A stretch of 64,000 nt of DNA from Trichoplax adhaerens (lineage: Eukaryota > Animalia > Placozoa). A program made the position numbers and the translations under genes. The first letter of the stretch is position 1; the number at the start of each line of letters is the position of its first letter. The notes under the pieces are model-generated. The model did no database searches. It was not told where the DNA came from and worked only from the letters and a program-made list of their open reading frames with translations. This document shows positions 25,501 to 40,500 of this stretch, one piece after another. The DNA lies in the NCBI RefSeq assembly GCF_000150275.1, contig NW_002060956.1:1362280-1426279 (forward strand). The letters run 5' to 3'.

Positions 25501-28500
25501 TGATAAGATATCATTTTCTTAACACGGGTATTATATATTATTATTACGGAGAATCTAATTACAGTATAGGCTGTCAAAAAGCATTCCTAAATCGTTTAAT
25601 TAATGCTATTAATTTCTAATAGATTATATTTTAAACTATTGTAATGGTCGAGAGTATTAACGAAAGAGTTTTACCAATTCATCACAATTACCTAATATTA
25701 AGTAGTTTATCACGCACTTTGTGTTCTTAACTCGGTATCAGATAATAAAAAAGCTTCATCGATATTGAAAGATATTAATTTTAGGTACTTTGCTAAATTA
25801 ATAAAATTATCCTATATCAAATAATGACAGTTTAAAATGAAATTAAAATAAGCGTAGCTAATATTGCCTGAGATATATGTATGAATCAGAACATACGGGA
25901 TGGGATTAATTAAGTACGACGTAATAATCTATAATGATATGAGAAGCATGATGTACCTACCAGTATTTCTAAAATTTTGTTCTCTAACAGCTACTGCCAA
26001 CAGAAAGTATTCCTGGTATTTTGGAAGGATTTTACTTACTGTTAAATAATTCTAAATTTGGAATAATGGAGAATCGAACCGTCTATGTTAATCAAACCGT
26101 CGAACAAGCTGGAAGGAGGTACCTATTAGCAGCAAATTTAACCTACTATTCGCAGTATTGGATATCGCTACAAGCATTTTCAGCTGGTGGAGCGGGTCCA
26201 AGCAGTGTAAGATATTCCATTGATACGCCTGTTTCAGGTTAGTTAATTCATATTAATGCATTAATAATAAGTTAATAAGATCAAAACGATATGTTGCTAC
26301 ATTATAACATGAAGCTTTTCTGTATGGAAGCCAGTCTATACTATGAGTTTTCAGCTTCTTAGAAGATATAAACTGCTGTATAGAATGAAAGTTTTAAAAT
26401 TGATTTAGTTCCATCTAGCTCACCCCAGAATATCAATATAGTACCTGGACAGTTCTTGGCAACATCAGCTATAATTAGTTGGGCTCCTCCTGCTGTGAAA
26501 TATCAAAATGGAATTATTACTAAATATAAAATCAGTTACATGATTGATAATCCTCTAATAGTAGCAAAAAACCCAGCCGTTATAGTTATTAATGACAACG
26601 TGACACAATATATGCTTGAGAATTTGATTCCTGTACAGAATTACACTATTCAGGTTGCAGCATCTACAATAGTCGGATTTGGTCCTTATAGTATCCCCAT
26701 GATATATCAAACTAGGAAATCAGGTTGGTTCAATGTAATGCAACATTTCTATATTAATTGATGCTGTTTGGGTAATTGTAATTTACCAATAACGGACGCA
26801 AATCTAGATCAGGGTAGCTGTTTCTGCTAATAGCTGTATCTACTTCCATATCTTATTTCATCATATTTATTTCAGTGTCCCCAAGTATTACTCTAACACC
26901 AACAAATTGGACCGTAGATGCAGGAGCTAACATTTCTCTACAATGTAGCGCAGATGGTGATCCAATTCCAACTGTAACTTGGTTGAAAGATAATCGCACC
27001 TTGATTGGAAAAAGCTATGAAAAAATATCAGGGCTTTCAATTCATACTAAAATATCTATTTTGCGAGCAACGATTGCAGATGGTGGCAATTATCAATGTC
27101 AGTTTATAAATTATGGAGGAACTGCTGTTACAGATGCTGCTGTTGTTCACGTTTGGGGTACGTATTTTCGGAAATGTATATTGAACTTTGAGCTTGTCTT
27201 GCTATAGGCTATAGAATACCTACAACGGGTTATATTATTCGACAGTACAAATTGTTGAGGTTAGCTACCAACACACCTGATGTTTGTAACATTAAATCAC
27301 AAGTATATATGCTTCCTTCTTGATTGATCCATATTTCCCTACTAATGATAATAATCTTAGCATATTAATGATCAAAGCAGCTAAGCAAAGCAATACTTTG
27401 TTGTCAGTGTTCTAAGGCATTCTACAATTAGTTTTTATCATATAAAAATTATGATGCATGTCCTATATCAAAACTTCCAGTTTTGATATTTATTCCATCA
27501 TAAATCTAGACTTCAAAAGTTGATCTTATGACATATTTCAAATGTATATGTAAAGATAGCAAATATACACCTCGACAATAGTAATTAATACCATCGATGG
27601 GCCATTGAGCTACTATAATCTAAATTTGTTATACTTTATTCACAATGCGAAATTTTTTCTAATCTTGAATTTTTGTGCTTGCATATTTTTGACTTCAAAG
27701 AAGCTCCTATCGTGAGTTTGTTTGCAAGAAATCAAAATATAACACAAGGTGGCAGTTTACAATTAACATGTTATGGTTATGGATATCCACCTCCTGTCAC
27801 ATTATGGTTTAAAGATGGTAAACAATACAATCATCCAAGCCGAAATTGGATTAATGGCTCTGAAGTACAGAGCATGCTGATAATTCATAATATATCGAGT
27901 CTAGATGAAGGATACTACAAATGCCAGCTAAATAACCCAGCTGGAACAGCTACAAGCCAATCATCATTGATTACTATTTATAGTAAGTCTTCTTTAGTTT
28001 TCAAAAGTACCAATTTTAACCCTATTTTAATCCAACAATTATTTGAAAATAATTTCCCAAAACCATAAATTTTGAGCGAAAGCACTGTATAAGTTCTGAA
28101 TAAACGGCGATAGTTTAAAAAATATTTTGTAAAAAATTTTATTGCAGAATTTCAATCCTGTTCTATTTCATACGTTAGAAATAATATTATATATGTTTCC
28201 AATTTTTTTCGTACTTCGAAAGATAGTAAACGCAACTGCATATGATTAGACAAATTGATATACTGTTGTTTATAGAGAAGACTTCGTAAGCGTATAATAT
28301 GTGCTTTTAATTCTCTTATTGCTTGTTGCATTAATAATTTATAATGTAATTCAAATTCTATAGCCTATCCGTCTATAATAGTTTCTCCTGTAAGTCAAGT
28401 CGTTATTGAGGGCAATACTGTCACACTATCGTGTACTGGTAAAGGTAAACCTTTACCCGAAATATCCTGGCTGAAAAATGGATTACCTTTGATCCGTGTT

Positions 28501-31500
28501 CAGTTGATCGGCGAACTTGAGGAAAGCACAATCATACTGCCTAATTCTACCATCGATGATGCTGGTTCTTACCAATGTCAGTTAGAAAACCTTGCAGGAA
28601 AAGTAAAAAGTCAAGCTGTAACCGTCACTGTGCACAGTAAGTTTTAGTACTTTAAGACTACTTAAATTATATAGCTTCTACACTTATGAAGGCTTTGTTT
28701 AATCTATAATTATCGATACTAAAATAAAATTTCAATATATTGTAATTGGATATTAGCATTTAATCATAAAGTTCTTTCTAGTCCTTCAATTTATAAAATA
28801 AATTACTCTCACATCAAAAATATTTTGATATAATCCTGATTATAAAAGTGTAGCTATTTTATTGAAATGATACTTTTCCTCCTGCTGCGATTAATTTGTT
28901 AACTTACTCTACTACTAAAATATGTAATCAGCCCCTATTACTATTATAAGTTAATTTTAAAATCCTTATTCCATTAGTTCATTTGTTATTTAGCTTTTGC
29001 TTTTGTTTATCTAGCCTTTCCATCAGTCTTCCTATCTCCAGTGGATGTAAATGCCACCATTAACCAGACTATTACCCTAAATTGTAATGCAACTAGTAAT
29101 CCTGTTCCTACTATAGTTTGGCTAAAAGACGGCCAACCATTATTAAATAGTCAAGGATCTGGTCCTCAACTTATTTTCAATTCCCTGGCTTCTGATGATG
29201 AAGGAATCTATCAGTGCCGATTTAGTAATGTCGCTGGTTATGCTTTGAGTGATCCAAGTAGGCTTCGAGTTTATTGTAAGTAGCGATATTTGAGATTAGT
29301 TCTATAAAAGAGGAACATTTTTCGTAGTTAAATCATGGTTATGATACTGTTTTAAGCACTATAAAAACCTTCGTATACTTTCGCAGTCGTTTTCTTAACG
29401 ATTTAATAGTTTATTTTAAATGGCGCCAAGATACTTCTATTAATGATGGAATACCAATCTTTCTCTGTTAAAGTTAAATTAGGATTATTAACTATGATAC
29501 TTTTAAACACTGTAAACCTTTGCATTCTTCCGCTGTTACTTTTATAACTAAATAGCTTAATTTAAATGATACCAAGACACCACATTTATTATAGAAAGTT
29601 AAATTTTCTCTGTTGCAGCTATCCCTGAGTTTATAAATTATACCAGCCAACTAGTTATTTCCCAAGGTAGAACGATTCAATTACACTGTATTGGGTCTTC
29701 TATACCTAAGCCGACGATATCATGGCTAAGAAATGGTACAATTCTTTCATCAAATCTATCATCTGTATTAATTCTACAAGCTGCTGAGATCAAGTTATAT
29801 TCCAGTACTCTAAGTATAATTAAATCCCAGATTACTGATGCTGGTAATTACCAATGCGTAATTTCCAACTTGTTTACGACATCAAGAAGCCAAAATATTC
29901 CAGTTGTAATCTTAGGTAGGTTGAAATGACAATAGCATTTTCTAATTTTAGTAAAATTTTGCACAAGAAACTTAAAATCAAAATCAATGTCTGAAGTGTT
30001 ATTAATTAAACATTATTTTGAGAGTGTTAATTAATTTGTTGTTAATACATGCATTAGTTTTCATAGTAAAATTGAATTGCAATAACGGTAAGTTTATGAA
30101 TTATTTTAAAACTATTATCTCTTATATGAATAAGAGTAAAAATGATCTACTTTGGGTAAATGATGAGTATAATCAATCTTTTCTGATTGTTGCATAGCCT
30201 TGTTAAAAGTTTAATAAGCAATGTTATTTTCGTCGAAAATCATTATTGCTTAAATCATCCAATCTAGAATTAGCTCTCCCTTCCCCAGTTAGCCAGATTA
30301 GATCATCCTATCTTTCAGCTACTGGTTTTACGCTTCATTGGACTCCTCCTAAATTTGATGGCTATACTCCAATTACTAATTATATCATTCAGTTATTAAA
30401 TGATCGAAATCAGAGTGTAATCCATTACAATTGTCAAAACAGACGAATTGTCGATCGCTGCGTAGTCAATTCCAGCTTAATCGTTATTGATGGTTTACAT
30501 CCATATAGTCGTTACCTCATTAAAGTTTGGGCTGTAAATAAAATAGGCGAAAGTCAAAGCCAAGAAATATCCATCAAGACAGATGAGACAGGTAGGGTTG
30601 CTTAGGTGAATTAGCTAAAAATTGATATAAAATTGACGAGGTGTTGATATTATGTGCGTTTAGCTCTAGTAATGGGATTAACCGTTAAGGCTGTTAATGA
30701 ATAGATATGAAATTGAGCCAACATTGCTGGCACAGAATATTGTTCTGGTAGTGTGATGAACATTTAAATCTATACTTATAAATTAATAAACAGACGCGAA
30801 ATTGAGTCGATATTGCTTGCATCGAATATAGTTCTAGTAGTGTGATGAATAGTTAAAGTTATGCTTACAAATTAATAAATAAATGCGAAATTGAGTCGAT
30901 ATTGCCGTCATAGATTGTGTTTCTAGTAGTATGATTAACAATTAATGCTACACTTATAAATTAGTAAATAGACGTGAAATTGAGTAGATATTGCTGGCAT
31001 AGAATGTCTTTCTAGTAGTGGAATTAATAGTTATAGCTGTACTTATGTATTAATAAATAGACATAAAATTGAGTAAATATTAATGTTAAGGAATTCTAAC
31101 AGCTGAATCAGTAATTCAATGTTTATTAGCTCATAAATTGACGCAAAAGTACTGATGAAATTCAGATTTATCAGCTATACTACAATTTGATTATCTACTT
31201 ATGGATGAATAAATTGGCGTAAAGCTGAATAGATACTACTGGCATAAAATTCTAGCAGGTGTAATAGTAATTCAATCTGCTTATTAACTCACAAATTGAC
31301 GCAAAACTGCTAATGAAATGCAGCTTCATCTGCCAGATTTATAATTTGCATATCTGCTTATGAATGAATAATTCAACGTGAGACTGAGAAATATTAAGGC
31401 TCTATACGAATCTTAGTAGTCAAAATGAACCATCTAATTTTATAACCTGCTCTTTACTAATATTATTGTAGTCCTGTATGTGATGGAATTGTACACTATT

Positions 31501-34500
31501 CCATCAACCATAAATTCCAACACTTACATACCGCCACACAGATAGTATTAATAATTTAAAATGATGTTCTACTCAAGAGATCATCACATTAAGAAATGAT
31601 TTTATTTTAACATTAGAAGCTAGCAATAGAATGACGATTAATATTCTTTTTATAATTTTTATCGCAGCTCCCGGAGATAGCGTAGCTAAATTTTTAGCCA
31701 TTGCTTATAACTCTACCTGCATACTATTAGAATGGGCATCGCCACAAGCTGTTAATGGCGTCATGGAATATAGACTCTATCAATGGAAACAATTCTACGC
31801 TGAGCAGACTAACTCTTCCGATATGATCTATCTTGGTCCAAATACGCATTATTATTCATGTGGATTACAAGAGAATCAGATTTATTTTTTCCAAACTATT
31901 CCTTATAATGTAAAATATCATCTTGACGGGCCTAAAAGCATTATTATTAATGCCACGACTGAAGAAGATCGTAAGGCTAATTCAATGTTTAAATTGCTTT
32001 GAATAATAGATAAAATTTTAGAGTGATGTAGTAAATACTTTATTTTTCATCTTACGAGACTAAACTATTGCTCTTCAATTTTGTTCCAAACTTCATGACA
32101 GGACCAAGTTCTTCTCCTATGAATATCAACGCAATATCTACATCGCCAACATCAATATTGCTAACGTGGCAACCGCTGAATAACCTCGATCGAAATGGTG
32201 TTATTCTATCTTATCAGATTCGTTATTTCCATAAAGCACAAATGAATAGCACAAAATCGATTTCAATCCATGGCCAGTTAACATCGTTTACATTAACAGG
32301 CTTACGTGCATATACGACTTATTTCATCACCATGAAAGCGAAAACGGCTGTAGGATTTGGACCTGAGAGTCCAATACTTACGGAAACGACGTTTCAGGAC
32401 GGTAAATTGGATATTGTATGGCGTAATTAGCTTAAACTTTTCTTCTTGTAAATAAATTACTGACATTGAAACAATAATCTTTAGCTCCAAACGGGAAACC
32501 TCAATTGAAAGAGAATTTGCCAATAAGTGGTGATAGTGTCAAGGTGGAGTGGAAGGTTTGTGCTGATATTCTAATTTTTTATGATAAAAGCATGAAAAAA
32601 TTGCTCATAGATTCCTGTCTAGAAAGAGCATTAACTTCGATGAACTTGAAGCATCGCGGATTCTATTCATTGTAGTTTATACCGATACCTAAAGTGAAAA
32701 GCAATTTGAGTTGAAGCATTTCTACTAATAGTAGCCTATAAGCCACATAAGTTAGATTTAATAAGAAGACATCAAAATCAATTTGTAGTCTTTTCAATTC
32801 TATACAAGTAGCACATAGGTATACTGCAATAAAATATCATAACAGTAATAAGCTAGAAATGGTTCTAATAAGCTTATCCAATTCTGTGGTTGTTAAGGCT
32901 ATGCCAGTCGATCAAATCCGTGGTATCTTGCAAGGATTTTACTACATTTTAAATCAAATCAATGCTGGCATTCGTTATAATCGATCTGTCGCAGTTAACG
33001 AGACTCTAACTGCTGGTGATATTCGATCGTTTACTATTTCCAGCCTTCAATATTTCACAGGATATAACATATCTGTTCAAGCTTATACTATTGCTGGAGT
33101 TGGTCCACTAAGTGATGTACGCTCCTTTACTACACCTGAATCAGGTTCGATTCTTGATATTTTGCAGCTAAAGTAACATGATTTAGATATAAATTCTTTC
33201 TAATTTGGAGAGAAAAGATTTATTCTTGAAGGGCTTAAATTATTTATTACCTTATAGTCCCTTCAGGATGGCCACTAATTAGTCAAATTATACCTGCAAG
33301 TTCACCATCAACATCGGCTACTGTAGCATGGATCCCTCCTGAGAGCACGTCTCGAAATGGCATACTAATAAAGTATAAGATCAAATATGCACTTATTGAT
33401 GGGCAGATAATACCCGATAAAGAAACTGCAATAACCGTCGGCAAGGTTACTCGCTATACCCTCACTGGCTTAATTCCGTTTAATAACTATTCTATACGAG
33501 TAGCAGCATCGACATCTGTGGGCTTTGGTCCAGATAGCCCAGTTGTTGTCTATCAAACTAGAAAATCAGGTAAAGAATTCCTTATCCTTCTTCGGTAGAA
33601 AGTTAAAAAGAATCTCTGACTTTATAAACTCCTCCTTAGTATTTTGATTTATCTTTCTGATCAATGCTATTGCTTAACTTGATATTTAGTTGTACCCAAA
33701 GTAATAACCTATCCTGAAAGCCAACTTCTTCAAGCTGGTGCTACCATTACATTGGAATGTCGAGCTAATGGCGAGCCAATCCCAACTGTAAATTGGGTTA
33801 AAAATAATCAGCCTATCGATCAAATTTATGATATATCTACTGCATCGGGTTACAGCAATTTAACAATAAATAAAATAGCAAAAGCAGATAGTGGCCTATA
33901 TCAATGTTTATTCAGCAATTACGCCGGTTCCGTTCGAACTATTGCGGCCAATATTACAGTCATGGGTAAGTTGTATTTATCAATTTAGGCTAGCATGAAG
34001 TTTTGACATAGAAGTTGAATTATCGTTCTAAAATTCTTTACCATTGCTACATAGATAATGATACATTGCAATTTTGCCCTGCGGAAGTTGCTAATAATTT
34101 AAGATGGCCAAAGACATCAGGTGGGCAAGTTGCTACAATAAATTGTCCTCCGCCAGCGCAAGGTTCGTAGGATAGTATCTCACTAAGATAGCCCGTCATA
34201 GCGCAAATTAATTTATTCCCGATAATATAGTCTTTTATTTCGCTGTGGTAAATAATCTTTAGGTCTTGTAACACGCTTATGCCAAGTTAGCGGTAATGGC
34301 TTATCGATTTGGCAATCCATTGATACTACTGGCTGCATTTCACCGGTGTTTAGTCAAATCTCTAATTTGGTAAAATTTATAATTAACCGATTTTATTTTG
34401 AGCTTATTCTATTGCACTGTTTTAATGTACACATAGAGTTAGAAATTCTCTCTTGCTATTTATAACTCATTTTATATAGACTAGCAGGTTGGAAGCTAAT

Positions 34501-37500
34501 AATACAAATCAAACGGAACAAGCAGTTGAAACTTTGGATAAGGCAGTTACAACTGAAAAGAAATTATATGGCGGCGATCTTATTATTGCAAAAAATGCGA
34601 TGAAAACGATCAATAACGTATCGACAACTGTAACAGTATCCTTATTGATTGTTAGTACTCATACAATATTTTTTTAACATAATATTCTATCATTTAGCTA
34701 TCAAATTGTGTTATTTACTGTTTAATTATACCTACTATTGAAGCGCATATTAGTAATCCCGATACTTCATAAGAATTTAACTTTAATGATAAACTCACGA
34801 CACGACAGCATACTAGAGCGGATAAAGAAATCATATATTTAGTATGCCTGTAGCCAATACTAGAAATCTATTGTAGTAAATTTACAATCTAATCGTTTCT
34901 TGATTAAATTCTGGTATTTGGATATGCTTGATAGATTACAATTAAGGCGTTTGTTTAGTTTACCTAAACTAAGGACCTCTTTTAATAGCATTACTGCTTA
35001 TTTCTGTATGTAAATATTAGATAAATGGGATAATTAAATGGACAGTTTAGCTATCAATATATACGAGAAATCTCTTAACTATAATATAACCTATTTAGTA
35101 TAGATATTGTATGCAACGATTCAGAGTGGATTTCTTTTAATATTTATTACTTATCGTAGCTCTCAAACATGTAGGCTTACATAAGGTATCCTAGGAGACC
35201 TTCAAGCCATTTTTTTGATAGCCGAGTAAAATTATGCTACTTGGCCTTGCAAATATGATCACTACTAACTATGTTGTATATTTCAACCAATACCCGCAGA
35301 AATTTGTCAATATTAGCAATAGCCTATTAAATCTTCAAAACAGAGATGAATGGAAAAATGTGCAAAAGGTAATCTTAATTATGTCTAGCTTATATCACAG
35401 TACACGTATTATCTTTTGATTAAAATTGAGGTATCACAGATGGACTATTAGTCTTTACATATAAACTATTAACCAATACTGTATCGTTATGTAATAGTCG
35501 AGTTCTGGAAGCTCATCAGTAATGCAAAGTTTAGAGGATTTTGCCGGTAAATTGGATCTCGAGCCAAATAGCAACAAGACAACTTCAATTACCACCGAAA
35601 ATATAGGTAAAATCAGATAGTACCAAACTTGGTTAAATATCTTGTGCAACAGGCACTATAGAATTGATGATGTTAATATAATTTCTGAGGCCAATTAGAT
35701 AGTATTTGTTTAAATATCTTATGCAGCAGGCGCTATAAAATCGATGATGTTAAAACATTTTCCATGGTCATTCATTAATTACCAACAAGCCTAGATATTA
35801 ACTATATCTTGCCATTATAAATAGATAGTACATCTAGACTATTCTACACTCAGTATTTACTCTTCAGCCTTACAGGATAACACTTTGCACGGTCTAGTAA
35901 ACTGTCGTGTTGTTTTAATCCACTAGAATGTACTCGTCTATAAGTTATAGTAACTATTCCTATTTATACACTAGTTCTACAGATTAATCAATTAGCCGGA
36001 AGCCAGACAAGCTCCGATTTCCAATTTCCTACCAACAATACCAACGATGTTGATATGGCATACGACAATATTGCGGTCAGGATGAACTTACCAAAGCAAA
36101 TAATTCAGGATAATAAGGGTAATTACTCAGCTAAGAATTAAAATATGGTAAATTACATGCCGATTTTTAGTATTAAATTTAAAGTAGATTTAGCTATACA
36201 TTCTAGTCATGAGAATTGACTATTATATGGGCCTTTTATACCTTCATTTATTATAAACAAGATTAATGTAGGCTTCAGTTTAATGTGTATTTTGTAGTTT
36301 AATCTATTGAGTTTATTAAAATCATTATCATATGTTTCAAATCAGTTTCCTAAATCATACAGTTAATTATGCAAAATTACTATTGATTTATTATTTGTTT
36401 AATGTAGTTAACAAAGCCGTCAGTATCGTCTTTAACACGCTTGCAGAAATTTTACCCTCAGCGGGGCTAAATAGAAGGTGAGAATTTCAAATTATTCATA
36501 CTCAATCATCATGTTCAAATATATTTCATAGATCGTTGAGTCTGAAATGAGTTAAAATGATGACAGTCGATAGTGTTCAATTAGTAATATTCGAAACTTC
36601 GTTGGAGCAATTTCTTAGTCTTGTTGATAAAAATTAAGCTTATGATAACAACGCTATTTTGTTACAGCAACGATGGCAATGCTACAGCAGTAATCAATTC
36701 TAAGGTTTTCTCCATGTCGATATATCCCAAGTTGCAGAAAAGATTTGCTCGTTCATTCTTATTGCTCTTCAACAATAACCAACAAGTAAAGTATTCAGTT
36801 TTAATGGTATTGATTAATTAGTGTCTTCGATATCTAAAATTTATTATAAGTGCTTGGATAAATGCAGCATAGCTGTTCTTGCTACGTGATGATGATTTTA
36901 TTTATTTACTAGTTAAGATAAAATATTAAGTAACGGATGAAGAATCATAATTTAATTAGGAGTATTAACCGGTTTTGATTTGTTTTTTGGGATGTAAATA
37001 TCAAGCATTATATAATTCTGTTAATTCCGTTTTAAATTTGCAGGTTAATACATCTAGCAATAACTCCAGGATAAGAAATCTCTGTAGCTTTTGGGATTTT
37101 ACATCAGAGTAAATCTCTTTCTATCTAGATTATATGAAATTGCTATGCTTAGATGTTACCTATAACTGAAAATTTAAGTAAAGATTGGTACATGATTGTT
37201 TTAATTACTCTGTAAGATTATTAAAAGGCCTGAGTATTTCGTATTGCCAAGATAAAGCGTATCCGCACTGAATACTGCTATTTTTTGAATGTGCCTTGAT
37301 CTTTTATATGTAATTGAGACTTGACTTTTAGATCTCTACTAAAGTTACTGTATTATTAATTCATTAGTTCACAATTAGTTCAACATTTGTTTTTTAGTAA
37401 TACTGATAAATATCTACTTAATATAGCTGTTTCATCCCTTTATATGTAATTGAAGATTTGAGTATTTAGTGTATGAAGAATACAGTAATAGATCTTCACT

Positions 37501-40500
37501 AAAGTTACCATTTTATTAATTTATTAGTTTGCAACTAGTTCAATGTATATTTTTAGTAGTACTAATAAATGTCTACTTAATATAGCTCTTTTATTAGATG
37601 AAGTATTATCATTCTCTATGCTTAATCGAAGATTTAATTTTTGGGCATTATCGATGATTAATGAACTCTACTAGAAAAATAGGGATTTTTTTGTTTTAAT
37701 CTTTATTAATTAAAGAGTCGACCCTCTGTATAACCAACGAGAAGCTCTATTTAAATTAATATTTCATTAATTTAATTAAATGAATTAGAACTGGCGGATG
37801 GTCAGATTCAGGATGCAAAGTTGGTTCAGAATCCAATGCGTTACAAACTGCATGTTACTGTGATCATTTAACTACCTTTGCTACATTACTACGAAGAACC
37901 GAAGAAGAGGTAAGTAACACAATATCCGTAACATAATGAATCACACAGCATCTGAGATTAAGTATGCTATGAATTTATGTTATTTCCTGATGTTTATCCG
38001 CAGTATACTATAATTCGATGAAACTGCTGCTACTATCAAGTGCATTATTACGTATAATAATTCGAATTTGGAATTTAGACGTAGCATGAAAATATTGAAC
38101 GATAAACGCTTATCTTCAAATCATTGACATTAGCTAAATTAACTGTAGTTATAATTATAATTTAGATTCAATTGGACTCCATCAAATGGAAGCTATCAAT
38201 TCTTACTGAAATCTATAGTAGATTAGGATCAAATTAGATTACTACAGCTATTAAGTTGATTCTATTTCGTGTTTACCAGAGATAAACACTTACATAAGAA
38301 CATTGCTATTGCTCAATCAGTCATAATCTGTACGTGAATTATGCCAAATTAATATTTATTAAGTTGTAATAAACAATCCTTGGATCAAGAAATTCTACCA
38401 AAACTCGTGACGCTCGTATATGGCATAATTTAAAATTTCTTTCTCGAATACTTAGATAGCTCCAGGACACAGACTTGCGTTAGAAATAATTACTTTTGTT
38501 GGTTGCGGTTTATCGGCTCTTGGACTTTTAATCACCATTATTGTCTTTGCTGTTTTATGGAGGTAAGTCTTCATTAGGTACAGGTGCTGTACCTTAAATA
38601 CTAAATTAGACATACTACGTAATTATGTCAAGCAGAGAATTTATTAATATCAAAAAATGCAAGAGCAAAATTATTTTAGTTGGAGATACTCTTTTCTATC
38701 CTTCGGATTATTTCTTCATGGTATTATATTTATTATATTTTTTTTCACTCGATAGATTCCTTAATAATACCAAGAATGTCATTAGTATGAACCTTTTTGT
38801 ATGTCTACTTGTCGCGAATTTATTAATTCTCTTTGGTTTACCAAGAACAGAAATTAAGGTGCTAATTCGTATTATGTAATCATATTTCTAAAAATTAGAT
38901 TGTTTGATTGTGGTGGCAAGGTTAGTTTAATGCCAACAAAATAAGATTTAATCACCAAATATACTAACGTCTCTTGCAGCCATTGTGTGCAGTGATAGCT
39001 GCAGCTTTACACTACTCTTTATTAGCCTCGTTTTTTTGGATGTTACATGAAGGAATTTTCATGTATTTAATGTTGGTCAAAGTCTTTGATGTTAGTAATA
39101 AGGTGGCATGGTATTTTATAACCGCTTACCGTAAGTTGGAACCTTTTATTTATCCAGTATACTTTTTGGCTGTTTATACTTGTTAAGCAATCATTTTACA
39201 GATAAGATGGTGAATTAATATTATAACATGCTAGACCTAAAAATATTAATCTTCTCTTTCCTAATTTTAAACAATACCATTGTAAATGTTTTTACAAAAA
39301 CTAGTTATACCTGCCTTGATTGTTGGAATAACTGCTGGTGTGACGATAAGTAATCTTGGGCTCGACGGATACCTAAATGATTATGCGTAAATTTTGGATA
39401 ACTATTGAATCAAGTCGTAGAAATAATAACCGATAGAATTATAATATTTAATATACCTTTAATACGGCTCTCATGAATAAGATACTTACGTAAAGAAATT
39501 AATATTGATTGGATGCTTAAATTTTTAAAGGTGTTGGCTTGAAAACGAACCCCCAATCTTTTTGGCTTTTATTGTTCCAATGTTAATACTAGTCGTGGTA
39601 ATTTGCTATATAAGCTTATTAGATTAATGAATTAATCTGCCTTAAAGAACTTTTATTATCCATGAGACTTATATGTTTAATATTACTACGATTACTCAAA
39701 CAACTATTATATATAGATATAAAATCTTTTAAAATACTAATTAACCTATGATGAATTTTATAGGTCAATTGCGTCTTATTTGGTATCGCTCTCAAAGCAA
39801 TGCTGAATACGCAAAAGATAAATCAGCGCAAAGATGACGAGCAATTCCTAAAATTAAAGTAAGCATTCTATACTGATGAGTTGATTGCGGGAAAGACATA
39901 AATTAATTTACGTATAACCTAATTACTGGATGTCTATAGCGGTTGTATGCACAATTTGGTATCATGGTTTAGCGAATTTGATTCATAAGTTTAATTGCTT
40001 ATTATGCTAACAGGGCAGGCTTGCGAGCAGCAATAGTTTTATTGCCGTTATTAGGTGTTGGATGGATTTTGGGTGCAGTTATCATTGCTACTGATAACAT
40101 AGTCTTCCAGTATCTCTTTGCGATCGTAAATTCTTTGCAAGTAAAGTATTTGATATGCCAATATAAAATTTCCAGATCGAAGCCAAATAGTTAGTTACTC
40201 GCAAAACTGTGAAATTAGTATGGATAATAATAGATAATAGTTTCACTTTATATTGAAAAAATTAGAGATCTGATTATTACTTAGCTACATTAGCTATGAT
40301 GCGGGCTTAACAATCACCATTACAACCTCCTATTACGATTTTTAGCAAATAGGAATAAAGTCGTAAAAAGAGCTATAATACGTTACTTATTACTTATCAT
40401 TGCTACTGTTGTAATCAAGTGATAATGACAGAATATTAACTACATTATCCGATGCGATATTCTCTAATTTTGAAAATTAACTTCAATATGTAGGGATTCG

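Noticed and set aside
18930-33965. Calling the Ig/FN3 array a standalone DSCAM, sidekick or hemicentin gene
   Set aside because: No single-pass TM or stop follows; the frame continues by phase-1 splicing directly into HRM-GAIN-7TM.
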